In this document: positions 27,533 to 40,630 of the stretch, one piece after another
Layout: each line of letters begins with the position of its first letter
How positions within the stretch are numbered: the first letter of the stretch is position 1
Assembly: GCA_013115125.1 (NCBI GenBank)
Contig: JABANN010000137.1
Location: forward strand, 1 to 63,155
Length of the DNA: 63,155 bases
Reading direction: 5' to 3'
DNA from: Perkinsus olseni
Lineage: Eukaryota
Translations under genes and position numbers: made by a program
Notes under the pieces: model-generated
Database searches by the model: none
What the model saw: the letters and a program-made list of their open reading frames with translations, nothing else
What the model was told of the DNA's origin: nothing

Positions 27533-30500
27533 TTAAGTTAGGTGGGGCATCTCGGCCGTCCGAGATGCATCGTCGAACACACCATCTTTTCCCTTGCTCG
27601 CTGTCCTCGCTAAATACATGAGAGATAGTCCGATATCACTAGTAAGGGGGACCTTGAACTTGATGCTCCCAGGGTCCACCTCGGCTGCTCCCAGTTGACT
27701 CTCAAAAGTACGACGTCTATCCTTCTGCCACTCAGGGTCTAATCGCCTCCTAGCCGTCAAGTAGTCGACCAGCGTGCGACCACAAACATCGACCAGAGTC
27801 ATCCTCGAGAGTGGGAACGGGATCTGCCACAAATTCTCCTTGATGCGTTCCCAGATGGGTTCTAGCTCTTCGGGCGTCTCGAGTATTTTTCTGAGGGCAA
27901 AACCATATCAAAGACCTTCACAAAGTAACAGCCGCTCACTTGGGTAGGACAATTCTATGGAGGCTAAAGTCGCTCTTGAGTGAAAGCAAATACTGTGGCT
28001 CCGCCCCACCAGAAAGTCTTCTCTCGAGGGTCTCGATGACGCACAGATCGAGTGGCTCCTGGGGTACGCTCGAGGATTTTGCGGACGGGTGGTCGCTGCT
28101 CACCTCCGGAAGTGCTCGTCTTCTCACCGGCTCCCCTCCGGCGAGCGGTGCAATAAACTTAGTCATAATGTAGTTGGAAAGGGTAGTTGCCTCCTGGACT
28201 GCGTAGTCCCCTTCGGCCAAGTTATTCCACTTTCTCTCCCTGGCCTCTGCTTCTAGCTTCACGAGCACACGTTGGCTGAGGACGCCAGCCTCACTGGTAG
28301 AGCCCATCCATGCCTTCATCAGTATGTCCGCTAGCCTCGAGGGACAAGTGAACGGCGGGAAAACCGTACTCAAATCGAACTTCGGCTTCGTCAACTCTCC
28401 CCGGCTGGTCGGCAGCCGCAGAGCCACCGCAGTCTGCATTGAGGGCTTCAACGATACCAACGCTTCGTCCTGCGGCGTCGATTCTATCACTATATCGTAG
28501 GCCTCATCGGCCTCATTCGGAGACACTCCCTTGCTGGTCAGACTACAACGTTGCTCCTGAGGAGATCAACTCAAGTGAGTCGACCGGAAAATCGGTAGTT
28601 TTTCTCCTACCGAAGCGACTGCAAGATCATGCAGAGCGCTGACCGCCTCTGCCACTGGATCCTCTCTGCCAACAGGGAAGACCATGCCTTCAACGTCCTT
28701 CACTTGAGCGCCGTCCAGAGCGAAATGGTTCAACACTTGAGGTTCGGATTGCCGCTCGAGTACGCGTTGCCCGGTCAGGGTTGTCACAGCCACGTTGAGA
28801 TAATCGATGAGAGTCCTTTTGCAGAAGAAGAGCGCGGACGAGTTCCGCAGAGTTCTTCGACCGTCAATGGTGAGTGGTGTCCTCATGATGTGCTGTCGAA
28901 GTCTGATTCGTCCCGGGCCCTCGCTAATCAAAAGAGAGGAGAAGGTCAAAGGCTAGCAACCCACTCGAAGGCACATTCCGATCAGCGCAAAGGCGAGGTT
29001 CGATAAGTAGCATCTTCCCTGCCTACTAGTTGGGGCCCTTGATCTCTCGTATAAGGAAATCCGGACTCAAAGAGAAACTCATCGATGGCGCGCTCCCGCT
29101 GCTGCTGCTGCCTGCTTCGTCCCTTCGGCTAACTTGGACGGCGCACGCTTGTGTATCCTGAAGGTAGACACTCATCCCCGAATGCGCATCCTGGCGGCAG
29201 CACGAGGGGCGGCATTTCCCTCAGTTTAAAGCGCATAATCTGACACCATCCCGATCGAGAACTGAGGACACTCACCAATCTACGCAGATTCAGACTAAAC
29301 CGTCGCGACAGAAGATTGTCTCAGCACAGTCCAGATGACAATCACGGGCTAGTAGGCAAGCCGCCCTACCAATGCAGCGGAGTCCAATAAGGAGGTCTCA
29401 TCATCCACCGCCTTCATAATTCCAGCAGAAGTCTTGGGGTGTTCCACGACCGACCATGTGGGGTTGGACATCCTCATTAAACTGCCCATTATCTTGACGG
29501 CGAGTGTAGACTGTATGAGTCGGTATACGGGCAGGTCCCTGACTGGCTGTGTCCAGGCCTTAGGGTCCTCATACTCGGCAAGGAGGTATTCTGATACCCT
29601 CATCTCGAGGTTGTGATGGTCGGCACCCCCGGCCTTCTTAACATCCTCAGACCGAACAAACTTCCAACCCCGCATGAGGTACTCTAGGAGGCGTCTCTCG
29701 CAAGTATTGAGAATTTTCTTCCCTTCCAGAGACCCAATATCAGCTTTCAAGTCGACCCTCTCCAGCATCTCGTCGAGCCTCAGTTCCTTGTCGGGTATGA
29801 AAGGCCTGATGAGAAACAAGATCAAATGCCACAAGACAGCTGTCTATATAACACGAACATACGAGCTTCGCATTATCAACTACAGTTCTCTCAACTATTC
29901 CATTTTCTATCTGTTCTATCTCGTTCACTACGAGCTGGTAGACCGGACTCAGCCCAGTCTATCCTAGCTGCGCTCTAGTACTACATTTCCTACAACGACA
30001 TTTGTAACGTGTTCTCCTACTTCACTGCAGCCACACGTCTCTTGCGCTGGTCCACCGTGAGGCTGCTCTCGCCAAGAACGATCTTATTGTCCTTCAGCAC
30101 AGAGAGGGTGAGCTCGCGTGTTGACCTCACAATCCTGTCCTCCGTAACCAATGCAGCTTGGCATACAGGGTCGAGTTCCTGAAGGACCATCACTAGACGA
30201 GCGACGCGCAGAGGCAGGCACTCACTCGTATCATCATACCAGCATCAGGATTGTTCTGCATCGCCGTAAGGCCTTGGGAGTGCATCCATGGCACCACGAT
30301 GTTCAGAAGATCACTGCTGACCACCCCTAGGTCTATCGAGCCCAGCCCCAAAGTGTGTTGTTGTGATAGTGTCGCGCTGTTCACGACCAAGGCCAGGATG
30401 GCAGCGAAGGAAGGCTTGGCGCCCCCTTGAGGCTCTACATAAGGCCACGGTATATCAGCTCGGGTGTTCCAGAGGTAGCATGCGATAGAGAAGATACAGG

Positions 30501-33500
30501 TTTCGCGATCACTGTTCCTCGGCCGAGTCCCTTGTGGTTGTTGAAGGCACTTTTCTGCAGCATTTTCATATGCTTCCTTCATCAACGGGTAGAAATCGAT
30601 ACTGAGAAGAGGAGCTTCAGGACCTTCTCATACAAAGGAAGGGAGCCAGAGTCGACGGAAAGTCGCCGAAGAGCATAATGGGCAGTGATAGTAGTGCGAA
30701 AGGAATAAGACAGGAGCTAGCGGTGTGGACGAAGTGCTCCACATTCCCCGACACGGGTTTGCCTGAATTCACCTTGAGAAAAATCGAACTAGGGAATCAG
30801 CTACAAAAGTCAGTTTTCAATAGCAGACCCACTAAACGCTTGGCGACCGCGAAGACTCCGGAACTGGGCTAAGAATGGTATAACTGATGCAGATTGAAGA
30901 GCAGCCACTCTCCTCCTCCACCACCATATGCCAGTGCCACGCATGGCGCTATCATAGTCCCAATGACATACTGTAGTGCTAGCGCCATGGGCCGCAGTCC
31001 TATGATATGCTCCGGCATGGTCGTGGACCCACCTCCCATCTGTTATCATCCTCAGCCCGTAGACGCCTCCAACGGCTTCTCGGTCCAACTCCATGTAGTA
31101 TCTTTTCTCGGGGGAATCCCAGGTAGCTCGACAGGGCATATCCTGAATGCAGTGACAATACGCCCAGTCCAAGAGCGCGACAGAGTGAATACAGCGATCA
31201 GAATTGCAGGAATTTCCGGGAAAAATCTCCGCTAAGTCCCTTCTTCGACGTACTCATGCAACCTCTACCCTAGTCGACCTACAGGGCGCTCCTTCACGGC
31301 TTTTTCCATGACCAACAAGGCGTTTGCCGCATGAGACCCTTCCTTCACATAGAAGGCCGACCTCTCGCTATCAAGCTGTGCCCGAAGGACGATGTCCTGT
31401 GAATCCCTCTCCTCGCTCAGAGGGCGGTAATATTCTCCCTGCACAGTGTTGCTGTACGCCAAAGCAGCATTAATATGGTGATACAGAGCCATACGGCAGA
31501 GCTCAGCGTCAGTAGTGACTCTAGGGTTCTTCAGAAGGGGTATAGAGGGCTCGAAGAACCGCCACAAAATGAGCTTCATTTTTTCCGGATATTCCTCGCT
31601 CAACTGCGACTTGGCCCTGAAAGGCAGTTGGCTACCACTGGACGGGAACCTACGTGTCGATCCTACCACAGCCGATGCATCCTGAGTATTGTGAAATCAT
31701 GATTGAGTTGAAGCTCGAGATCTCCCATCCGTTTTTCGACCGTACTCACCAGCGTCAGCTCGCACAATACCGGCTCCTGATCGATACACGTGCGCGGAAG
31801 CTCGAGTTCAAGAGCTAGGTCCAAGAGTAGAGTTCACATTCCGGGATGCTCTTCAAAAGCATCTCTCAAGCTTAGTGTTGTGGTAGACTAGGAGCTCCAG
31901 GCTAGTGATTGCAGACCGGCCGTCTGCCGTTGTAAGACGAGCGAAAATTGCGGTTTCTTTTTTCAAGAAAGACGCCCTTTCGCTCGAACGCGGAAAGTGG
32001 TCCGACGAGGCGCTCTCACCTCCCTGCTGGGATCTCTTCTGATCGGTCGCATCCCGAGAGCACTCGCAGTGTCCTTCAATTTGGCGGCAACATACTCTTC
32101 CATAACCGCCGCTACTTGGGTGTCACCCTTCATCTCGAACAGCGCTGTGTCCAAGTCCTGAGTGGCTCTCCATAACTCGCTCTCCACTCGTGCTTTGAGC
32201 AGGCTGATGAGCTTATTCTCTGCGGGTTTCTTATAGCTTCCCATCAAGGACACAATGTAGCCAGCTAGTCTGGTATGGCAGGGTTTGATCGATTGACTCT
32301 TTCTCATTTCACTTTTACTCCTCGCGATTTCAGCGACTCCAAAGGTCTGGCAACTGAGACAAAAATGAGGTTTACTGTCACCCTTTGATCCTGTGGTGAC
32401 ACGTCCCCAGTATACTACAGTCTACTGTCACCCTCTGATCCTGTGGTGACACGTCCCCAGTATATTACAGTCTACTGTCACTCTATGATGCCGTAGCATC
32501 TCACCAGCAGTTTCGATACGAAAGACGCATCACTAAGCCCACCCACGTATGCGTATTACGCTGACTGCATCGAGGGTGTCCTGAAGGACCTCAGGGTGAG
32601 GCAAATGCTGGCTCTCCCTTCCCGATCGATGATTAGACGGTAGTCGTATTGCTGATTGACGATGTTGAACCTTCGAACTACTTCGCATGCGGTATCCTGA
32701 GAACAGATGGAAGACCATTGGTGAGCCTACTCTAACAGGCTGAGGACCATCGGTGATCAAAGACAAGTATTCCGCGAGAACACCAGCTGCTTACTGTTGC
32801 GGAGCTTATTCCATTATCAGGATCCACCGTGATGACCCTTTCAACAACATCATAGATGCCTCTCACTCCGTCCTCGGCATACAAGGAGTTGGACAGATCG
32901 AATGCGCCCGATTTCGATCTCTTCACCGGTGTTATCGCAGTTCTTATCCCTTCAGGGGCATCCAGCAGCTTAGCTCCTTGAGCATCATCCAGCTCTTGAG
33001 CCAGCCTGTGTGACGTAGTAGCCGTGTCGAGATTTCCGAGACCCTCGGTGGCTGAGCTTCTACGACTGGTAGACAGTAGGCGATTGTTGATAATCACGCG
33101 TGCACCACCTCTATTAGTAGAGTACAGATAACCGAGACCCATATACGCTGCGACGCCCTCGATGCACTTAGGAGCCCCTGACTTGGCCGTAGTTGTACTA
33201 TTCCTCCTGCCGAAGAGTGCCTCGGACGTCTCTCCCACTTTTGCAAGGGCCACTATTCCCTGGGGCGATAAGTTCACGAGTGACCTGAGACAGCAAGGAT
33301 CAGACCAGTACCACATTTCACCCAAATTCTGCTGATAGACCGGTGCCCAGGATGACCGAGTGGTAGCATACCGACCCGCTGGTGGACCTCCGAAGACTCA
33401 CTTGTCCTTCATTGCGGTCGTGAGGAGAAATGATCCTTCGACTTCAATAAAAGAAAACCAGTAAGTGTTGTTCCTATTCGTGTATTGGGCTGTGCATTCA

Positions 33501-33703
33501 TAATCCGTCACTCTACTGGCCTGAGGGAGAGCATCAACATCACCTACTACAACCATCGGCAAGCACGACGAGAGGGAACGCGAGAATAAGGTCCATACCC
33601 GTGATGACCCCGATAGAGTAGCTATCGCTGATTGAAGCTGTACAGCTGACAGTGGCAGCAGCAGCAGCAGCAGGAGGAGGAGATAGTACACCGAGCCATG
33701 CAT
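27533..33703 (-). CDS. Secreted modular-repeat family member P3 (large class, about 8 modules)
   Basis: Signal MHGSVYYLLLLLLLLLPLSA. Colinear homologous exons include CIEGVAAYMGLGY, CRMALYHHI, CIFSIACYLW, CERRLLEYLMRGW, CKRTLIDYL, CPSRLADIL and CGRTLVDYL. Confidence 0.72.
32373..32489. repeat. Tandem repeat, 50-nt unit x about 2.3, intronic in P3
   Basis: TACTGTCACCCT(T/C)TGATCCTGTGGTGACACGTCCCCAGTATA(C/T)TACAGTC starts at 32373 and 32423, with a partial copy at 32473. Confidence 0.9.
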
Positions 33704-33957
33704 GAAGGGAAGAGGCAAGACTGTGCAGACCGGAGGTATCGCCTTGCATGGCGACCTCAGAAGAGATTCCGAAGACGACATCTGAGGGCTAGGACCAACA
33801 GCATCATCCTTCATGGATTGAACATCATCATTACCATGAACGTAAAAAAGTGCGCAATCTAACCGAGGGCCAAATGCACGCGTAAATTGATAAGAAGTTG
33901 ACAGTTCGGAGCCGATAAGACTCTTGTGACGTTAGGGGCCTCGAGCGAGGCAGTAGC

Positions 33958-36900
33958 TCACTCAATCGATTCTCTCATTAACTCCGCCAGGCCGACAAGA
34001 GCCTTTCCAACTGCGGTCTTCTCGCCCACTTTGAACGTAGTGCTGCCCCGTGTCACCACAGCCGGGCCCATCTCCTGGTAGTGATCCTCCTCGAGCCTGT
34101 CTACGGAGTTGGGGAGCTTCTCTTGCGCAGCGCGAAGGTAGTCAAACAGGGTCTGCTGACAGACTTCGACGACTGTCATCCGGGGTCTCGGTAGAGCTGG
34201 CACCAGACGCCACAATGGGCGCAGCTCCTCGAGAAAGCCGAGCGTCCCACTGAGGAGAAGTTGTCCACTGGAAACAGGCTAGGGAAAGCTTACTCTGGCA
34301 GGCCAATCCTGTGCATGCTGAAGTCACTCCTGAGTGAAAGGGAGAACCTAGGCACTGCCCCGCCGGTCTTCCGCTTCTCGACGGTCTCGATGCTGCATGA
34401 ATCAAGAGCCTCCTGAGAGACTCACGATACAATGCTCCAGCCCGAACGGGCTCTTCAGTGAAGAATCTTGACAGTGGCGAAGATCATTTCGAATGCGTTC
34501 GCAATCTCTAAAGGCTACCGGCGAAGATCTTATCCACCACTTCATCAAGGTTGCCTTATCTCCAAGGAAAAAGTGATGATTATCTTACTATTACTCACCT
34601 GATGAGGAGCTCCAGCCCTACTCTGCAGGCTATTGCGTCGAGCAATCTCTCGCTCCACCAAGGGTAGGAACACAGGGCGACTATAAGCATGCAAAATATA
34701 TTCAGCCAGGGACGGCTTTACAGCCTCGTATCCTCCTCCTCCAGAATGGTTCCACTTTCCTCCTTCCACCTCTGCCTCTATCTTGTGGGATACTCGTTCG
34801 CGGAGCATACTCCAGTCACCAGCCACGCTCATCCACGCTCTCTTGAGGATGTCTACCAGCCTCGCACGACACGTGAAGAGCGGGGATACCCCCTCTTCGC
34901 CGAGGTCCGGGTCCATCAACTTAGTGGTCACATCCTCACGGAAAGACCTGAAGACAGGATATTATGATATATGACAGAGATAAGGATATTAAGCAAGAGT
35001 CTACTGCACTGGAGTACAACACTTCCAAATGCAGCACAGCTCTCCGTGAATTCAACGGGAGCTGCGGCACGGAGTAAACCAAGGCGAATAGCCAAAATAT
35101 CCCAACCGACCAAGGTCACATCACTCAGCCTAATAAGGCTTGCTATGTTCGCACTACTTCTATCGTATCTATTTCGCGCGTCACGCGATTCCTTCCCCTC
35201 CGACTCAGTGGCGACTGGCAGTGATGCGAGTTAGGAGCATTCAGCATACTATGTGCGAATTCGCGACGGAAAAGAGGAGTAATAGCAGTACAGACTGGCG
35301 TGAAGAGCCGCTAGTCGTTCGTATCACATGGACCCACTTTCTAGAGTTCATGAGACTGAAGGGCTCCCCGGAGACGATCACGCCTCGGCTGGGCGTCGAC
35401 TTCATCGTTATATCGTGCAGCACACTTATGGGCTCAGGGAAGGGGATTCTCTCCGCCATTCGCGACAGGCTGCAGTCGCGATCCTGAACAACAAAATGCG
35501 CAGACGATAGCCCAGGCCACAGCCCACCGAGTCCATAGCGAGATTGTACATGTCCTCCACAGCACTGCCAAACGGGCTGCCCTCATGAACACGGAATACC
35601 ACAACGCCACCAGTTCCTGTCACCAGACTCTTCGTGGTCAACGCCGAGACCTCAAGCCGCCTCGCATGCGTTCCAGTGCCGAATGTTCGCTCGTCGAGCA
35701 TCCTGGCCGAGGCCGTGGTGAGGTACTCGAAAAGGGCTCCTTTGCAGAGGGCGAGCAGCAGGGAGTTCTGGTCTGATTCGTCCGGGATAGATGACGGTAT
35801 GTTGTCAGACACTCGGCGGGAGAAGAACTTTCTCAGGAGAATGCTTCCTTTACCGTCACTGAGAGAACACAGAGGTGCCGTTGGCAATTCAGCCACGAAT
35901 CTTCGCTTTCAGCGAAGCTAGTACATCGACCAGAGTGAAGAGCAAGAATCACCGGTGAGATACTATCGATTCGATAGTATCGAAGCATCACTTACGGTCA
36001 TATCATGACTGTCAACATCCTCACTATTCGCCACTACTGGCCGCAGCTACTAGCTACAACAACCAACAGGAGCTCGTAGCAAAGACATGGCGGAACGGTC
36101 GCTGAGTCAATCATCACTCTCGTGTATCTATCTCCACCATGGTCTCTCATAAAAGTCAACTGCGCGGGAGAGGCTACAATCACTAAACCGAAGACCACTG
36201 CCTATCAACCCACCGTTCGCTGCGAGTGGTGAGATGGAACATTTTCGAAGCTGCGTCATCGAGCACCCGAACTATGATCCCGAGCCGGACCCTTTCCCCC
36301 CGGTACTATTCTGGGCCTTGGATATTGTGCAGTAGGAACTCTCTGGTGAGAGACATACTCATGGATGGCCGTCTACCCTTCTTTGCCGCCGCTCCCTTGC
36401 CCATAACCTCGATTCCGCACACCGACGGCGAGGAGACCTGAAGAGGCTGGAATGAAGCATGAAACGACAGCCCCTCCTCGGAACCCTGCTAAAGTGCGGA
36501 CAGGTTGAGCCGCCCACCTCCGCTTCAAAGTGATCATCAACGTCCAAAGGTGGGCCTTCAGATGCTGTTACGTTTCCTTTCGGAGTAGTGGTGACGGTGG
36601 TCCAAGTCATATCGCTTCTCATCATTATTTCCATCATCCACACCGACAGCGCTGATCGCTCCAACTTGTATAATGGTAGTTCTTCCACCGGTTGTATCCA
36701 CGCTCTCTGTGCCCAAACCCGATTCTGGTCTTTCATCTCTGCCACCAAAAACTTCGACATCCATCCTCTGACTCTCTGGCCGGCTCCCAATTCCTTTAAG
36801 GCAGGGGCTCGTACGGTGGTCCACCCTTGCATAAGATACTCAAAAAGATTCTTCTGGCAGGAGTTCAGCTCCTGGGCTTCGAGCCATTCATCGTCCCATA

Positions 36901-39900
36901 GGGGATCCCCTATGGTCACTAACTGGTCGAGTCTCTTCTCCTCATCGTACGACGGGGGCCTGCCACGTCGACAGTCGCTACAGCAGCCCTCCTCCCCCTC
37001 CATCTCACCCTTCTTTGCCAGCATGTTCCTTCAGCTGTTGTTCTGACAAATGACTCTCTCCCAGTACAACTCTATTACTCGACAGCGCATAGAGAGCCAG
37101 CTCCCGTGTGAAGCCCTCGCGGTCTCCAGGTGTCGAGGAGAATGCTCGGCAGACCGGCTCCGTAGTCTGAGATCAACGTTGCTTTCACGACACTCGCAAC
37201 GGACCTACCCCACCTACTGGCAGCACGAAACCTAATTTAGGGTCGTTCCGTACCCTTTTCAAAGCGTGCGAGTGGATCGCAGGAAGGAGCCCGTCAAGAT
37301 ACGCGGCTGGGGTTCGTCCAAGATCAATAGGTCCACTGTCTTCTCCCCCCGCAGCAGCCAGGATCTGTCCGAGAGCTTCGAAGAACTTCGCTCCGGTTCT
37401 TGTTTTCCCTGTTTTCCCCTTCGATCCAGCAGCAAGAATCTTGGCATACCACAGATAGCAAGTGACGGAGATGAGGCACGTTTTGCGTGTGCTTTCCCGC
37501 GGCGAACTAGCCGGCCATTGATTAAAACACTCCGCTCTAGCCTTCTCATAGAGCCCCAACCTTCCGAAGGATCTCAGAGAATAAGCATCGGACCTGAAAT
37601 GGACAGCGCCAGAATGGGGACGGACGAGGTGACAGCAACGAGTTCCACGCCAATCCGTGAACCTACTCTTTCCCGTACTCAGATTTTTCACAACTCCCGA
37701 ATGCATGACGACTTTAAAGAACTCCTCCTTCAGTATTGCCGAACTAATTGCCCTACTCAATTCACACTAGTAGTAAGTCAGGGAGCCTAGACCCGCGTCG
37801 AAGAGTTCGATTAATGAGGATACTTTCGGATGGGGAGCCATTCGGATGACTTACACCCCGTCCGTTATCATCCTCACATCCAAGATTGTTGTCCCTACTT
37901 CCTCGTCGTCTCTGTACATCTCAAAGTAGTATCTTTTACCATCAGAGTCCCAGGTAGCTCGACATGGCATATCCTAGACAGACAGCACTGCGTGAGATAC
38001 CTCTCCTTCTCCCCTACAGGATTCTCTGTGACAGCTTCCTCCATCGCCAGCAGGCCCTCCTCCATCCTAGAACCCTGCTCGACGCGGAAACTTTTCCTAT
38101 GCTCTTCCCCCGAGTCCAATTCCTTCCCTTCCCAATCGACAATGTCCTTCATCTCTCCTTCCCTCTCATCCACCCGCTCCTCGCGTTTTCCGATCAGTAC
38201 CGCTCTACCGTACTCCAAGGCGGCCTTCAGGTGGGACTGAATGGCGAAGCGACACAAAGTAGTGTCGTCTGTTGCCCCAAGATCAGCGCCCGCCAGAGAG
38301 GACGTGTCAAAGAACTGCGATAGAGCAAGTTTGAACTTCTCAGGGTAACCGTCAAACTTTGATGAGCCAGGCCTGACACACGGTAGTGGAACGCTGCAAA
38401 AAGAATCCGCTCGGAAATACCAAAACTTCGCTATCTTGTGAATCGTAAAGTCCTTCTTCAGTTGAAGATCGACCAGGCCTAGCTGCCGTTTGGTGGCATG
38501 AAGGTTGCCCATCTGTGACGCCTCGCACAGCACAGGATCCTGAACCACAGACGAGATTGCTGCAAGCACCGATCCGTCAACTTCGGACGCTTACGAAGTT
38601 TCATCTCGACGGATTATAGTCCTACCTTCAGCTCTTCGGGATCCCTCTTCACCACTACCTCAACTTTGTGCGATTCACGAACGCGTTTCAGCTCATCAGC
38701 GACGAATTCTTGAATGACGGTGGCTGCCAGCGTGCCACCTTCGAGGACGAAGATCCCGGACTTCTCAGCGAAAGACGCGGCTGACGCTGTCAGCTCCCTT
38801 TCAACTTTCAAGCTTATGAGCGGCATCAGCTTCTCGCGAAGAGGCTTTTTGAATCTTCCCATCAGCGACCAAAGATTTTCCCTCAGCTTTTGAAAGCACT
38901 TATCATCTTTTCGTCGCCGCCCTCTCTTCGCTTTTGCCTCTTCCACCTCGTCCAGGGGAAGGTCGAATGAGAAAAATCTGCATAGAAAATCGACAGGACG
39001 GTAAAATCAAAGAGCATCGGGATTCGATGCGTGCAGCAGTACTTTTCCTCGACAATGCCGTCCTTCAGGACCTTGATGGCCAGACTGGCCGCGGCGTTCC
39101 CTTCCTTGTCAATAGTCATCCGATAGTCGTACTGCAGGCTAGGCTCGACGTTGAACACCCGGGCCAATGAGCATTCGGCATCCTGACAAGAGAATGGACG
39201 GAATTTCTTGGCGCGTGACAAGGCAAAGTCGTGTGGGTCCAGAGCAGGCGGTTCATTCCGACTCACCTTTTTCGTTTGCATACCGTTCCATGCATCTCTG
39301 AGAGTCATTCTTCCTACTATGCCTCCGAGGCCCCTCATACCATCCACAACGTCACCCAAACTTGATAGATCGAAACCACCGCTCGGCGCTTCATCCAAAG
39401 ATAATATCGCTGCCGTGAAATTATCCCTCGATCGCCCGTCCCCAAAGGTCGAACCCTCCGGTAGAGACCGCCGCCTTGGTTCCTCTGACAAGTGAGGCCT
39501 GCTCGGCAAGGATGAATGATAAGCACTCCCTAATTGCCCATCTATGAGATTATTGATGGCTTCACGGGCCTGCTCGTCCACAGCGTATTTGTGACCCAAG
39601 TCGAGATGCGCCGCCATGGCCTCGAGGCAGGCGGCTTTCGGTGATTTGCCCACAGCGCCACGACCGGTCGAAGACTCGTCTCGCTCCACTAGGCCAATCA
39701 CGCGGAACTTCGCCGAGGCACTCGGCCCCATGTGAACGATGGACCTGATCAGGAGACGAGGGCTGTTGTCTTTACGGTATGGCTGGGAAGGGATGTTGAC
39801 GAAGTTGGTGGAGAAAGTAGAGACCTACTCGTCGGCGGCAATGGCATCCAGTTTGAACTCTCGTGCTTTTTCGCTGAACTCCAAGCGGTACTCCGTCTCG

Positions 39901-40140
39901 TTGGTGTTGTAAATTGCGGAACAGCTGCGGTCCCTCCTGCCCCACCCAATCTGAGAGAGGGAGGGACATTTCCATTTGGTGTTTGACTCGAGCATGGCTA
40001 TGTAGTGATACTGGATTCGCCAAGGCTCAACATGTGATGACTCGAACGAACTTGACCTCTCTGAGGAGTCTTACCAATCGTCCGAGGAATGATGCCCGGA
40101 CTACTAATGATGATCCAGCAAAGTAGAGGGGGACACGCAT
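33958..40140 (-). CDS. Secreted modular-repeat family member P4 (large class, about 8 modules)
   Basis: Exon 1 MRVPLYFAGSSLVVRASFLGRL|GTAAG. Colinear exons include CLEAMAAHL, CFQKLRENL, CRFAIQSHL, CLISVTCYLW, CQKNLFEYLMQGW, CKGALFEYL, CRARLVDIL and CQQTLFDYL. Confidence 0.72.
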
Positions 40141-40630
40141 GCAACAGCAACAAGGACGAACTGAGCTTGAAGAGACACCTGCGTGATGGCGTATGCCAGA
40201 ATGAGCAGATGGACAGTTCCTTCGCGGCTCAGAAAGGCTCGCTGAATGATCGATATAAAGCGGGAGCCGTCCGACGGATGGTCGGGCCGACAGACCTCCG
40301 TCAGCGGCCGAAGAGGAAGCACCGGTGGGAACTCGAATCTAGCGTGCTGCATCATGAACCAACATCATCAGTATCATCATCATTATCATCAAGACAACAG
40401 CAAAACAACAAAGGGGATAACAATGGCGGAGGGGAGGCCCCATCCACAGCAAGGATTATTGCGACGTAGAATGAACTGATAAACATGCTACCACTACAGG
40501 CGGTGACGAAAACCACGAGAAATATTCGCCAGAGAAGAAGTAGGCGTCGTCAAGAGCAACGTGATAGGCAGTGAGGAGGGGGGGACCACATCTCATCCGG
40601 CGTTTAATTCACAACCTGAAACCACAGCCG

